Positions 10,864-24,365 of a DNA stretch of 64,000 nucleotides are shown one piece after another (position 1 is the stretch's first letter; the number at the start of each line of letters is the position of its first letter). The notes below the pieces were generated by a model, which saw only the letters and a program-made list of their open reading frames with translations, was not told the origin of the DNA and ran no database searches. This DNA is from Eledone cirrhosa (taxonomy: Eukaryota), in NCBI GenBank assembly GCA_964016885.1, contig OZ024743.1, positions 123,318,001 through 123,382,000 of the forward strand, written 5' to 3'. The position numbers were made by a program, and so were the translations under genes.

Positions 10864-13800
10864 TAGCAGAAGTACCCGGCGTTGCCCGGGTGTAAGTTGA
10901 CCTTTGCTCTGTTGTTAAAATGTGTGAAAGTTACTTCCCGCGCATCACAGGTGCAGAAACCTGCGAACCTCAAGGAAAAAAACAGAGGTTGGTAGACGCA
11001 AGTGTGTAATTGAGCATAAATAATAGATCAATTGTAGGTTCACAGTGTATCGTTGAAATTGTTCTTTGCACGACTGACGGAAGTCAAATTCACTTGAAAT
11101 TAAATTTTCAGTTGATTTTTAAAGCAGTGTGAAAAAGTCGAATTTTTCACAGTTTCTTTTTTTTACAATTTTCGCGCTCACATGTGCAGAAGAAGAAATA
11201 AAAGGGACTTTATCTGAACCGCGGCATAATGATAATGGCGAGTCTTTTGCGACAGTTTTTGAGAAAATGGGACGTTCCTGCAAAAAGTTTTCCCATGTGC
11301 AACTTTGCCTTGTTTTTTGCACAAAGTCGAATCCCCGCTTCAGTTTTATTGATTTTTTACATGAATGCGTGACCTCTGAAGTAGATTTGAGCAGCTAAAA
11401 ACCTGTCCCGGTAAATTTGCTATAGGTGAAAAAAAGTTGATCAAAATTGTGTCTAGGGTTATTGCCCTTTGCAACAGCCTCAACGTGTCTTCAAGTATGG
11501 TTTGTTAATTTGTTATGGAACTAAATCGACTTTCGTCAAATCGGACCGAGGAAACAATGTTTTCATTTGTGTTTCTAGCTGGTGTAGCCGGTTACACTCG
11601 GGGTTATAAGGCACTGGATTTAAACTGGTCTGCGCTAAATTCCAGCAGGATGCTTTAACCGAAATAAATGAAGAAGAAACGTTTCTTTTTGTGCTCCAAT
11701 CTGTGATTTTCGTATTTTTAAAAAATAGTCCACAAACATCCATGGAGCATGTGTAACGCACGTATCAGGTCATGAGAAAAAGGGTTTTCGATTCTCCATT
11801 CATAAGATACCAAAAAATTGCACGCAAATAAACCGGGATTTTAAGGCACTACCCAATTCATAGCTGAAAGGTAAGAATCAAGTGGAATAATGTTTTGCGA
11901 CATTGTCAAATGTACAACCGTACAAAGGCAAAGGATATAGCCATTGAAATCTAGGTAGACCAAAGAATTTGGTGGGGTTGTATATCAGAAGATTGTTTTC
12001 CTTGTGATTCACGTCTAGCCTACAAAGTGAAGTTAGATGATTGTAGTCGGTGTTGTATCAATAAAAAATAAAAGCATACGGAAGACTGAACACTTACGAA
12101 TTAAGTGAAAATCACGTTGATATTCCTATCGGAGCAACATGTGCCGAAAAACCTGACGGACTGTTGTGTCAATATTGAAATCGTAGAAATTGCGAATCCC
12201 GACCTCTAAGATGTAATGGATAGGCCTTGGAGGTGAAGAGGAAGAATTGGTACAATTGTTTTGTTGAACATGTTGACCATTAATTTAAATAGACATACGC
12301 AACATCATCGTGCGGTTTTGTTGTTTATGGCCTAGAATGAGGGCCGGTTAAACGCGCAGAAAAATAAGCCATGCTGATGATGTTTAGGGGCGTCGCAGGG
12401 AATAGATGCGGCGTTGTGAGTCAATTGTGAGGGCAGTGGAAGGCACACTGATCGCTTGAGAAGACGCGATGCTACACAGAATGCTTCTCGGCCATAATTG
12501 ACAGAAAGGCATGTCAGGAGAAATGAAAGAGTTGCTATTCATCCTTTGCTTAGCATGTAATTAAAAAGATTTACCATGGACTATCCTGCACGTTGGTATT
12601 GTGTTTAGCCTGCGAAAATCGGTGGTCAAATGGGGCAACAATAAGCCATGCTGATGACGTTTAAGCGGGTGGCACGGAATTGATGCGGCATAGATAGCCA
12701 TGGGAGTCTTGAAGGAGCACGGTGGTCAGGCAAAAGAAAGGGCCGAAGAGGGGATGTGGCTGACAGTGCATGGATGCAGCATCCTGAGGCATGACGATGC
12801 AGTAGGACGACGGCCAGCAGGCAAGGGGGAGAGCAGGGGGTGGGGAAAGTGTCGGGGAGTGGATGACGGCTGACAGGGCAGGGATGCAACATGATGAGGC
12901 ATAACGAAAAAGCAGGGTGCATGGCGGCTGACAGGGCGTGGATACGGCATGCAAATTGAGTTGCACCTCGGGAATGTAGAGAGCACCGGGAGGCACGATG
13001 ATTGTTTGAGAAAACCGGGTGCTAGGCAGGATGTTTATCGGCCATACATGATCGGTACTCTTTGGGGGAGAAAGGGATGAATTTTTGTTTAATTTTGTTA
13101 AATATGGTCAAAATGAATGTAAAAATACTTACACAGGATCGTCTTCATGTTCGGTGCTGTCTTTGGTCTGAGATAATGGGCGGTTAATGCTGATGACATT
13201 TGAGCAAGTTGCTGACAGGGCAGTAATACTGAATGGTGAGCCATGGTAGTCGTGAGGGACCAAGGCGTGCGGGCAAGGGAGAGGGCATGGGTTTACGGTG
13301 GCAGGGATGCGGCTTGGTTAGGCATGGAAGTCTTGAAGGAGCACGGCGGGCATGCAAAATAAAAGGCTGAGGAGGGGATGGCGGCTGACAGATCATGGAT
13401 GCGGCATGGTTAGGCATGACGATGCAGTGGGACGACGGCGTTCAGGGAAGGGAGAGGGCAGGGGTTGACGGTGGCAGGGATGGGGCTTGGTCAGGCATGG
13501 AATTCTTAAGCTCTCCCGGAGTGTAGGCAATGGAAATGGGCAGGGGTGGACGGTGGCAGAGATTCAGCATATTGAGCCGTGGCAGTCCTTAGGGACCACG
13601 GTGGGCAGGGAATGGAAAGGGCCGGGGAATGAATTGTGGGTGACAAGGCAGAGATGCGCATGGTGATGCACACCGATCCAGTGGGTCGACGGCGTGCAGG
13701 GAAGGGAGAGGGCAGGGGTTGCCCGATGCCTCATAATGCTACGGTAGTGGGACCAAGGGAATGAAGAGAGCGCATGGAGGCTCGATGATCGCTTGAAAAG

Positions 13801-14414
13801 AGTGGGCGCAATACAGGATGATGCGCGGCGGTATAGTCTTGATAGTCCTTATATAAGAAATGGAAGAATCGGCATAAAAGGTTTGCTGAATATGGTGGGC
13901 GTTAATTTAAAGAGACTTACGGTGGATAATCCTGATAGATTGAACGTTTTTTGCATGGCGGGAGTCGCGACAAATGGAAGCAAGAAGAATGGCGTTTTTC
14001 GGTTGCCGTATTTTTGCCTCTGGGGGTCCGATTATTTCAAGTACCCCACGTTGATCCCCGCATACCTACGTCAAAGTTCATTGGAATCGGACAAATTTCG
14101 TAAATATCAATGTTTGCCTCTGGTGATCCAATTATCGATTTTTCGAAAATTTAATGTAGCCGACGTTCATCCCCGGATCAAATTACACACTTGCATCGAG
14201 TTTCATCGAAATCGGACGATTTTTGAAAATATCGATTTTTAGCTTCTGGGGGCCCGATTATCGATTTTTCAAAATTTTCACGTAGCCTATTCCAATCTAC
14301 GGGTCGAGTTTTATATATGTGTCAAGTTTCATGAAAATCAGATGAACGGTGTAGCCTGCAAGTTCGGGTCACCAAACAAGCAAACAAACAACGCCCAACT
14401 TCACTTTATATATA

Positions 14415-14417
<3 letters not shown>
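10863..14417 (-). mobile_element. Non-autonomous Helitron (3.55 kb) inserted in (TA)n
   Basis: Minus strand starts A|TCTTATATATAAAGTG followed by a (TTTG)n-like microsatellite. It ends with hairpin CCCGGGCAACGCCGGG and TACTTCTG-CTAG|T. No TSD; internal G-rich degenerate repeats. Confidence 0.8.
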
Positions 14418-14461
<44 letters not shown>

Positions 14462-14468
<7 letters not shown>

Positions 14469-14906
14469 GTTAGAATATGTGTAATAAGGCCAAGACAATG
14501 CAGATATGGACATAGAAAAAGAATGCAATAGTGAGAGATATTGATGAGAATTCGTCTTTCACCTTGAATTTATTTAAATGTCCTTAATTTTCGAGATAAT
14601 ATCTCTTCTTCGGAGGGAAGTAAAAGTCTCAGACCAGCGTCTTAAATTTCCAATGAAGCCATGCTGACCGGAAATAGTATAGAGTCTATACTATTTCCGG
14701 TCAGCATGGCTTCATTGGAAATTTAAGACGCTGGTCTGAGACTTTTACTTCCCTCCGAAGAAGAGATATTATCTCGAAAATTAAGGACATTTAAATAAAT
14801 TCAAGGTGAAAGACGAATTCTCATCAATATCTCTCACTATTGCATTCTTTTTCTATGTCCATATCTGCATTGTCTTGGCCTTATTACACATATTCTAACG
14901 TTTATA
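14462..14906. repeat. Perfect 445-bp palindrome (222-bp arms, 1-nt centre at 14684), PLE pseudo-LTR fold-back
   Basis: Arms are exact reverse complements by eye. Each carries a minimal HHR-like motif CCT-CCGAAGA-A-GAGAT/ATCTC-GAAA-AT-TA-AGG (14752-14786 +, 14582-14616 -). Module is flanked by (TA)n. Confidence 0.9.
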
Positions 14907-14948
14907 CCTCATTACACAATGCTTCAAGTGAACTATAACCTCCTCCTT

Positions 14949-14986
<38 letters not shown>

Positions 14987-15032
14987 ATGATATTAATAAA
15001 TGGAAACTATATTTATAAAACTATATTTATTA

Positions 15033-15083
15033 TATTATATATATTTCAAGGGTACCAAAACTTTGGTACGCTCTCATCAGATA
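15033..15083 (-). ncRNA. Minimal type I hammerhead ribozyme in a TA-adjacent pseudo-LTR remnant
   Basis: Minus strand: TAT-CTGATGA-GAGCGTACCAAAGTTTTGGTACCCTT-GAAA-TATATA-TA-ATA. Confidence 0.65.
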
Positions 15084-15753
15084 AAATACAAAGTTTGTGT
15101 TATAAATATTGACATATCCAGGAAGGAGATCTTAACGGTTCAAGATTTTCCTGGATAGTAAAAGAGGAAAAGTGAAATATTTCAAATTATTAAGATGAAT
15201 ATGCAAATGAGGTTGAGGTATAGGGCTGAAAAAAAAAAAACGTTATTTTTAGACGCTAGGTAGATTTAAATAATTATTAGGATATATATATATGTATGTG
15301 TAGGAAGAGGAAAGAGGAAGAAAGAAAAGCTTGTATTTACGTGAATTTAAAAAGAATTAACAGTTTGTAGGATAGGCGGAATATGATTCCAGAATTTAGA
15401 AAAAATATATTTAGCTGCATTATGAGGGCGTTGTGCCTAAAGTAGAAACAATTATGAGTTATAATATTATATATGAAGATTATATGAAGAATTATGGTTG
15501 TAAGTACATTTTATCTTATTATATTGCATAGGTTGTAAGTATATAAATCTGCAAGTATAAGTATTATTGGTGATTTTATAGAAATAAAACACACGTATTA
15601 ATTGTTTACATTTCTAATATGAGTTACGTAGGATGTTGATTTTACCTTTTACATAAATATTTAAGAAAAAGACGTAGTTCAAATTGTAAGAGAAGAACAA
15701 TCTGTAGATTCAAATATTTTCATCCAACATTGAAAATATTTTCAGAACATTAT

Positions 15754-15941
15754 TGGATTGGCAGTATCGGTAGAGGGTCTGACGCCATGCTTTGCAGCAA
15801 AGAGTTACGGCTCTTTATGGTCTGAGTTCAAATCCCGCCGAGGTTAACTTTGCCTTTCATCCTTACGGGGTCGATAAAATAAAGTACCAGTAATACATTT
15901 GGATAATTGCTGGCCTTGTGCCAAAAGTAGAAACAATTATT
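15754..15941 (+). mobile_element. tRNA-derived SINE (same family as 4744)
   Basis: A/B boxes, central domain and GAAACAATTATT tail. Confidence 0.9.
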
Positions 15942-16091
15942 AATTTACCGAAATTTTATAATTTATCGTACAAGTTATTATGTCTATCTTAATATCGTTA
16001 ATATTATACTCTAGAAAAACTGTCGAGTGCTTCGAATAAGTTATAAATATATATATTTGTTGAATTACCAACAAATTAAATATCACTTTTG

Positions 16092-16139
<48 letters not shown>

Positions 16140-16142
<3 letters not shown>

Positions 16143-16860
16143 CCATCCTCTGCCCCAAATGCAAACTCTGAAGTTGTGGGATCTCAGGAAGTCTAGCTAA
16201 GAATGTAGGCTTTACATGTAACAGTTGCACCGGGACAGTAAACAGCAAACACCCACAGGAAACAAAAACTACCAAATTCTGGGAGGGCGCTGTAGAAACA
16301 GTAGACAGCTTCTGCTATCTAGGCGACCAAATTAGCAGAAGAGGGGGTGTTCTGAAAGTACAGTAACCAGGGTAAGAACGGGATGGAAGAAGTTCAGGGA
16401 GTTACTACCACTGCTAGCTGCAAAAGGCTTTCCCCTCAAAATGAAAGGCAGACTGTATGATGCATGCATACGAACAACAATGTTATATGGTACTGAGACC
16501 TGGGCGTTGTCTGTAGAAGACTTGCGTAGTTTAGAAAGAAATGAAGCCTGCATGCTCCGATGGATGTGTAATAGCAATATACGCGAACGGTAAAGCATAA
16601 AAGCATTAAGATAGAGAGACTAAACATAATAGGAATCAAATGTTGTGTGCAGGAAAGGAGGTTGCGCTGGTATGGACATGTCATGTGTATGAATGATGAC
16701 AGTTGCATAAAAAGGTGCAGAGCACTAAAAGTCGATGGAGGCCTTGGAGTGGGTAGACCCAAGAAGACCTGGAATGAGGTGATAAAAACTGACCTTGCAA
16801 CATTGCACGTCTCAAAGTCGATGAACAGGACCGAGACCCCTCACGTTACGCAGTAATACA
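16140..16860 (+). mobile_element. RTE-clade LINE 3' fragment (late RT and C-terminus), disrupted
   Basis: Translates to VDSFCYLGD, RTGWKKFRELLPLL, KGRLYDACIRTTMLYGTETWA, RRLRWYGHVM, GRPKKTW; preceded by a Cys-rich CPKC..CGI..FTCNSC segment. Confidence 0.85.
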
Positions 16861-16899
16861 GAAGGCCCGAGTTCCCACGGGTACAAGCCGAAGCTGAAG

Positions 16900-17200
16900 C
16901 ATATAGACAATATACCCCCACGTCCCTCCCGCTGTAAAGTGGTCGTGTAGGAGTCATGACAAAAAGCACCCAGTCCACTCTGTAAAGTGGTCGTGTAGGC
17001 GCCACGGTAAAAATGTACCCAGTACTCACTGTAAATGAACTTGGTGTTAGGAAAGGCATCCAGCTGTAGAAACCGAGCCAAAATCAGTCCTGCACGAGCA
17101 AGACATGTCCCCTTACCTACCATTGCTCACAACAAGACACCCTGTCTAACCCATGCTAGCGTGGAAACATCGACGTAAAGCGGTGATGGTGATGAGGATG
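16900..17200 (+). mobile_element. Octopus OK-like SINE / RTE-type 3' tail
   Basis: ACTCTGTAAAGTGGT repeats, TTGGTGTTAGGAAAGGCATCCAGCTGTAGAAACC, CCCATGCTAGCGTGGAAA..GACGTAAAGCG and (GAT)-like tail. Confidence 0.6.
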
Positions 17201-17215
17201 ATTATTTTTTTCGTA

Positions 17216-17352
17216 GATTGACTTTCGTCAAATCGGACAGAGCAAACAATGTTTCCGTTGGTCTTTCCAATTGCTAATACTATCCATCGCTCGCAACTCC
17301 AGGTAGAAGGAACACCGTGAAATTAAAGTGTCTTGCTCAAGGACATAACGCA
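17216..17352 (-). mobile_element. 5'-truncated CORE-like SINE (same family as 21305)
   Basis: Reverse complement of the 21385-21522 region, including GTCCTTGAGCAAGACAC. Confidence 0.8.
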
Positions 17353-17359
17353 TATATAA

Positions 17360-17476
<117 letters not shown>

Positions 17477-18008
17477 CACATTTTTTATAATCCAAATTCA
17501 ATAAACAAACCAGGATTTTTTCATTCTGAGGATTGAAAGCAAAACCTTTTGCTTTTAAGAAACCACTGGTAAATGGAATAATTGCCTTATGTTGTTTATT
17601 ACATAATAATAATAATTAAGCTCTGTTGCCTACATAGAGCACTCTTTTTTCCTGGACTTTTCCGATGGAATTACTTCATTTACACATATATATATATACA
17701 TATACGAATGTATCGAGTAGAATATAAAAGCTTGCATAGCATAGATACACGGAACTTAAAACATACTTAAATGATCTCCATTCAGATTGATATACTCTCA
17801 TAATATTGACCCCAGCCTAAATTTCAGGGTTCACCTACCTGGAAGATATAAGTGGTCAATGAAACTCAGCCTCCTAAGCATCATTCAGTCAATTAACCAT
17901 GAGCTGATAATGGCTTCAGATAATATCTTTTTCCATTCGGTACTTAATTATTTACTCTCTCCCTCTCTTTCTCTCTGACTCTCTCTCTCTCTGTCTCTCT
18001 GTCTTTTC

Positions 18009-18114
<106 letters not shown>

Positions 18115-18344
18115 TTTTACATTCATTTGATTTATTGATTTTATTGATTTTTTATCTGAGTGTCCCGAATCTTCCAGATCGCAACTTTTCGATCGTACGG
18201 TTGATTATAGACTTGTTCTATGTGTGACGGTATTTTAACGATAGTTATAGCTCTGATTTATCTAAATTATGGAGCCCTCTGCCGCTCATATCGAATTTTG
18301 TTTATCGTGAACTCGTGCGCCGATTTTTCGATACTCGATTATTC

Positions 18345-18390
<46 letters not shown>

Positions 18391-18425
18391 CAAATTAAGA
18401 TGCTGAGGTTACATATATAGTTTAA

Positions 18426-18513
18426 TCATTATAATTATTTCTAGGGTTCTCCATGCAATCGGGATGCCCTTCATGCATTTGCTGTGGATTATGAGAATGG
18501 TATCCTCAGATGA
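18426..18513 (-). ncRNA. Hammerhead with elongated stem II in the 3' pseudo-LTR
   Basis: Minus strand: TCAT-CTGAGGA-TACCATTCTC...GAGAACCCTA-GAAA-TAATTA-TA-ATGA. Confidence 0.65.
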
Positions 18514-20654
18514 AAAATCCGATATGTTTGATACGTCGCTAGCAGGAAAAAACAGACGTCCTATTGCTTGTGTGCCCAGCAGACATATGAGTTCCTTGAA
18601 GGGTTTCCCAGCCGTTGTGTTTGCTGAAAAGAAAGCTATCAACGAAAAGAAAAAGAACGAAAAAAGCGAAAAAACTGTGTAGCCAAACCCAGTAGATACT
18701 GGAAGCAATAAATGGTGCTCTGAGGGTGGGTGGGGGTATTAATTTTGTTGACAACCACCTATAGATAACAACTGCAACAAGAACAACAACAACAACGACA
18801 ACGACAACGACAATAACAGCCAAAAACGCCGACCAATATCGTCCACACTGGCCGCATCAGTCGTAGTGATATTACTACCCTACTGACAACAACAACGAAA
18901 ACAACAGCTACAGTAAACAGCTTCAACAACAGCAACAACAGCAATAGCAACAACAGCGCCGCATACATAGCGCCGTATACATAGGCCGTAGCAGTCGTAG
19001 TGATGGTATCACCCCGCCGATAATAACAACGATAACGCTAAAGCAATAAAAGGGGTTCTGAGGTAGGTGAATACACAGAATTGGTGGCATCAATCACCAT
19101 GACTATATATATATAGCAACAGCAACAATAGTAACAGCAACAAATATTAACACCGGCCATCACCTACCCCGTTCGTCGTAGTAGTGGTGGTATCATTGAT
19201 ACTAGTATCAAGCCAGGAGCAGTGAGCACCCTGTTACGCGGGAGCCAGACAGTGGTAACACCAACAACAATAACAACAACAACACCATTGATGAGCCCAC
19301 CACGGTGATGGCGGCAACAAGAACAGGCCACGCTTCCATGAAAAATAAACTAACCACAATAGCATTCAGTTTCAACTACAGTGGCATAAATACTATTAAA
19401 AGGGCTGTTAGACTATGGAAGAGAGTTATGGAAGCGAAATCGAGAACACATACAGAGAATATAATAATAAAAGAACGGGACAAAAATACATAAAAAAACA
19501 ACAGTAGGTATATAAATAGAGAATAAGGAACAAGGGACATGAAATATGTACACACAGAGACTCCAGGTGTGCATACAAGATATCCATGGTTCGCCTGACG
19601 CTGGGGTTGTTGTGTGGCCACGCCCGGATCTCATGTTCAAGCTTGCAAAGGTCCTCAACTAGTATAACCATGTTGTCTGTCAGTACAGTTTGAGGAAGGT
19701 TCCAGATGATCTGTGGAGGTAGGTGCTGAAGAGGTTACTCCTTTTATTGATAACTCGAGCTCCCCTCTCGATTATTTCCATAATCTCGGTGACACACAAA
19801 TCGCATGAGTCTTGTCCACCCCCTCTGCAGGGGTGGACTGAGGCTACCTTGGACCACGACAAGGTGTATTCTATGTTATCATGTTTGAGGCGCCACACCA
19901 GTTCTGAGAGAGCGGTGTTATATTTCTTATCAGCTCTCCTAAATGTGTGGCAGTGATTGTACCAGCGTTCTTTAAATTTATTATGGCTCAGATATAGGTG
20001 AAGGTTTGGTTGTTGGCATTCACCCTACATTCATATACTAAGCCACAGCTAAGGCACTTTCCCTCCAGGGGAAGTTACTGCGGTTTCTACAATTACAGCT
20101 CGGAGGGGTGTTGTCGCCCGGATCTCCGCATCGCGTTGTATGATTCCCCGGTCTTTCACAGTTTAAGACATCACCAACAGAGGAAGAGGCATTTGTTTGG
20201 TGCGCTTCCTCATGGTTGCTGTTTCCCCTGGAGTTGCGGACGTTTTTCGATCTACTTCGGTTTAAGGCTTCTATATTTTGCGCTAGGTTTCTAGTTGTGC
20301 AGTAGGACAATTTAATAGTGTGCCTGTTGAAAATGGTGTGGTACCGGTGCTGCTTATGGAAGTGCTTATCCAAAGCCCTGAATATGAGGCCACTAGGTTG
20401 TTGCGTAAAACGGCGCAGAAGGGGAGGGGTCAAACCAAATGACATTACGGGAAAGGGTTCGCTTCCTGTTGTAGTCACCAATCCCTGTACCCGTTCCGTC
20501 AGAGTATATGTTACGTTTTTTTTTTTCGTTGATAGCTTTTTTAGCAAACACGACGGCTGGCACACCCTTCAAGGAACTCATATGTCTGCTTGATACACAA
20601 GCAATAGCACGTGTGTGTTTTTCCTGCCAGCGACATATCAAACATATCGATTTT

Positions 20655-20742
20655 TCATCTGAGGATACCGTTCCCATAATCAACAGCAAATGCATGAAGG
20701 ACATTTCTATTGCATGGAGAACCGTGGAAATAATTATAATGA
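20655..20742 (+). ncRNA. Hammerhead with elongated stem II in the inverted pseudo-LTR
   Basis: TCAT-CTGAGGA-TACCGTTCCC...GAGAACCGTG-GAAA-TAATTA-TA-ATGA; palindromic stem III ATAATTAT. Confidence 0.7.
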
Positions 20743-20868
20743 TTAAACAATATATGTAACCTCAGCATCTTATTTTGTAATTTTATAAAATTCTCCATCG
20801 TAACTAAAACCTACGATTGGTGAGAGCTTTCTCCTGCTTACTCCTTTTTTTTCGAAAACAACCTTTTC

Positions 20869-21304
<436 letters not shown>

Positions 21305-21525
21305 AAGGCGTGTGGCTGAGTGGTTAGAGAATTGTAATTGTATTCGCAATCGTAAGGTTGTGAGTTCGATTCCTGGACCAGGCGATGCGTTATGTCCTTG
21401 AGCAAGACACTTTATTTCACGTTGCTCCTTCTACCTGGAGTTGCGACCGATAGATAGTATTAGCAATTGGAAAGACCAACGGAAACATTGTTCCCTCGGT
21501 CCGATTTGACAAAAAAGTCGATCGT
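21305..21525 (+). mobile_element. tRNA-derived CORE-like SINE (Octopus OR-like head)
   Basis: A box TGGCTGAGTGG, B box GTTCGATTCC, CORE-like TGTCCTTGAGCAAGACACTTTATTTCAC. Confidence 0.8.
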
Positions 21526-21545
21526 TCCTTTTATATATATATACA

Positions 21546-21718
21546 TAATAGTTTCTACTTTTGGCACAAGGCCACCAAATACCTAGTGCATTACTCGTAC
21601 TTTATTTTATCGACCCCATAAGGATGAAATGCGGGTTTTGAACTCAGAATGGCAAGGGCCATAACTCTATGCGTCAAAGCATGGTGTCCGACCCTCTACC
21701 GATACTGCCAATCCACCG
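21546..21718 (-). mobile_element. tRNA-derived SINE (family of 4744), internal deletion
   Basis: Reverse complement of the family sequence. Confidence 0.85.
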
Positions 21719-21912
21719 ATTATATATAATCCAAGAAGCAAAGAAAATATCAGTGCTACGAAAAGATTACCTGGTGGAAGTTCAGGTAAACTTCGGGTGC
21801 ATATCCAATTTTCCAAGAGATGTCAACATGAATGGACCTGTTATTTTTCTCTAAAAATAATTTTTCAAATTGCACCCCGGCCGCCCTTCAATCTATCTAA
21901 TTTCTCATTGTT

Positions 21913-21948
21913 TCTTCTGATGAGAGGCTAGCGTCCGAAACGTGAAGA
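21913..21948 (+). ncRNA. Decayed minimal hammerhead
   Basis: TCTT-CTGATGA-GAGGCTAGCGTCC-GAAA-CG-TG-AAGA. Cleavage-site nucleotide is G and stem II is imperfect, so probably inactive. Confidence 0.5.
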
Positions 21949-22032
21949 CCTTCTTCCTGCTATTTCAAGCCTTAACCAAATATATTCCATCCATATACTG
22001 TACCGATTCTGTTGTTATTTCTGTTTACCTTT

Positions 22033-22109
<77 letters not shown>

Positions 22110-22556
22110 TGGCTACCAACTCGTTTTCGAGTACGGCCACTACTTTATATCCATGTAGGAGAACCCTTACCGATGCACTGAACGAGTGTGACTTTTTAGT
22201 CCAGCGACTTGAAAACTCTGGTACAAACACTACACTTGTGAAAATCATTGACACATAGTGCTGGGCCCATGGTACCATGTGATGACAAGTGCAGAGAGAT
22301 CTCCAGATATAAAGCAATGCCTGTGCTGTGAAGCTTTTATAGTGAGCAAAGCCACTGCACAAAGCCAGTCCCACTCTCTTAACTAAGATGATATTTACCA
22401 AAAAGAAGAACAAGTCAACATCATTGGATACCATCAAAGGGCAAAGGATCTCTTAAGAGTCAATGGCCATCCAAAATCACCGGGAGAGATGACCCCTTAG
22501 CCTTTGTCAAGGCAGAATTCTAGGAGAAGGAAAACTCTGATATAACACCTGCAACC

Positions 22557-22595
<39 letters not shown>

Positions 22596-22598
<3 letters not shown>

Positions 22599-22791
22599 AA
22601 CACAGAGGGTGTGGTAAGATACGGGATGGAATCTAACGCACAAGATTACTCAATAATTAGCGTAGTTGAGTGGGTAATAGGAAAAGAATCAGGACCCCTA
22701 CGGCTGAGCTCCGGCCATTTCAACAGCTAGAGCCGAACAGATCTAGCTGTCTAAACGGACAGAGATCAGCCGGCGGTGACCTGACTATTTA

Positions 22792-22797
<6 letters not shown>
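22596..22797. mobile_element. Diverged fold-back fragment of the PLE terminus family seen at 1297-1435
   Basis: tgtggtaag..aacgcac..tactcaata..gagtgggtaatagga..gacccc.acggctgagctc followed by an inverted partial copy; TA-flanked. Confidence 0.65.
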
Positions 22798-22842
<45 letters not shown>

Positions 22843-22983
22843 TAACGCACGTGTTATGTGACGGTCATTTTCTGATAGTCTGGCAAGAGGTTATGCGGGC
22901 ATGTGCTAACAGCGCAAAATATCAGCAAGAGAGGAGGAAAATCCCCCTCTCTCTCACTCTCCCCCTCCCCCTATCTCACTCGT

Positions 22984-23054
<71 letters not shown>

Positions 23055-23683
23055 ATATATATATATATATATATATGTAGGAGGTGAGTTTTATTGTAGT
23101 ACAATAAAGCAATGCAGATATCGGATAAGAAGCACTCTACAGTTTGTAGGACTGGAGTATACATAATATATAAGATCAAAAGATGGTTAAAAGAGTTCCA
23201 TGTATTTTATTATGCGCATTTCAAAAACAAATATCATCATGCAATAGTATTTGTGTTTTCATCAGATAAAATAGGAAGACATGATATGAAGGTTAAAAAA
23301 CACTTGTGAATAGTGCAGTTTTAAATCAACATATTATATATATATATATATATATATATAAAAGTTTACATATATAAAGGTATTATAGAGGTATTTAAAT
23401 GTATTCTATTTTCTCCTAGTTTATTTTAAACCTAATTCTGCTTAGTTGACTGTATCTAGGCGATTACGCTGTCGAAATATTCGATAAATATTCCGCTACG
23501 GCCGACGCGAAGCGCTAGTTTTGGTTATTTGTCGGAGATTCCTTCATAGAAGCCTCATTCGTATAGCCTGGTCTATTCGATTTTTTATATAGTTAATTAT
23601 GCTAATTGGGAGAGGAAATAGTATATATTTTATCTTGTGATTCTATAGACATGTTTTATGATATATATATATATATATATATT

Positions 23684-24334
23684 ATAAAATAACAGGAGGC
23701 ATGTTCTGGTGTAAATCCTTGAAAGGTTTATTATACTATGATCATTTCAATGACCGGGTTCACTATGAAACCGGTGACATCATCAGGTAATTCAAAATAT
23801 AACGAAGGAATATAGCAGATAAAAATCCTCGGTGTTTAAATCAGAGACAAGAGGGTGGCCGGTGTTTTAGTAGATTGTAGCTGCGTCGACCGCCCTCAAG
23901 TGCTGATAATTGGCTTAAGATACTACCTAATAGTGTGGGGCGCAAGCCTTTAATGTACTACCACCATCCCGTCAGATGGAAGTGTCAGCGCTGAGGTCAT
24001 GCGTCAATCAGGCTGGTCAGGCATGTTCGATATTGCCGCGAAATATGTTTTTTCAAGGACAAAAAGACATAGAGATTAAAAAGGGAGAGAGAGTGTGTGT
24101 GAATGAAAGAGAGATAGAAAGTGACAGAGAGATTGACAGAGAGAGTGAGAAATAGAGAGTGTGTGTAATTGATATAGAGAGAAGGTGACAATTAACATAA
24201 GGAGGCTTTTATGAAGAAATTTAGGTGTGATATATATAGACACGATAAATTGTCAGGGTGGTATATATAGTAAAAATATGCCCGTGGTGCTAGCGGTCAA
24301 TAACCAGTGACGACTAGGGGTCCCGCGCTAGCTA

Positions 24335-24365
<31 letters not shown>

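Noticed and set aside
11300-12700. Possible Pif1 helicase remnants in the Helitron
   Set aside because: Only scattered short motif resemblances with many stops; cannot be supported without a translated search.
18388-20778. ~270-bp terminal inverted repeats suggesting a DNA transposon
   Set aside because: The interior encodes PLE linker and GIY-YIG sequence and the repeats carry hammerheads; inverted pseudo-LTRs explain it.
23360-23660. Possible old fold-back between TA runs
   Set aside because: Arm similarity is only patchy and no ribozyme core was found.
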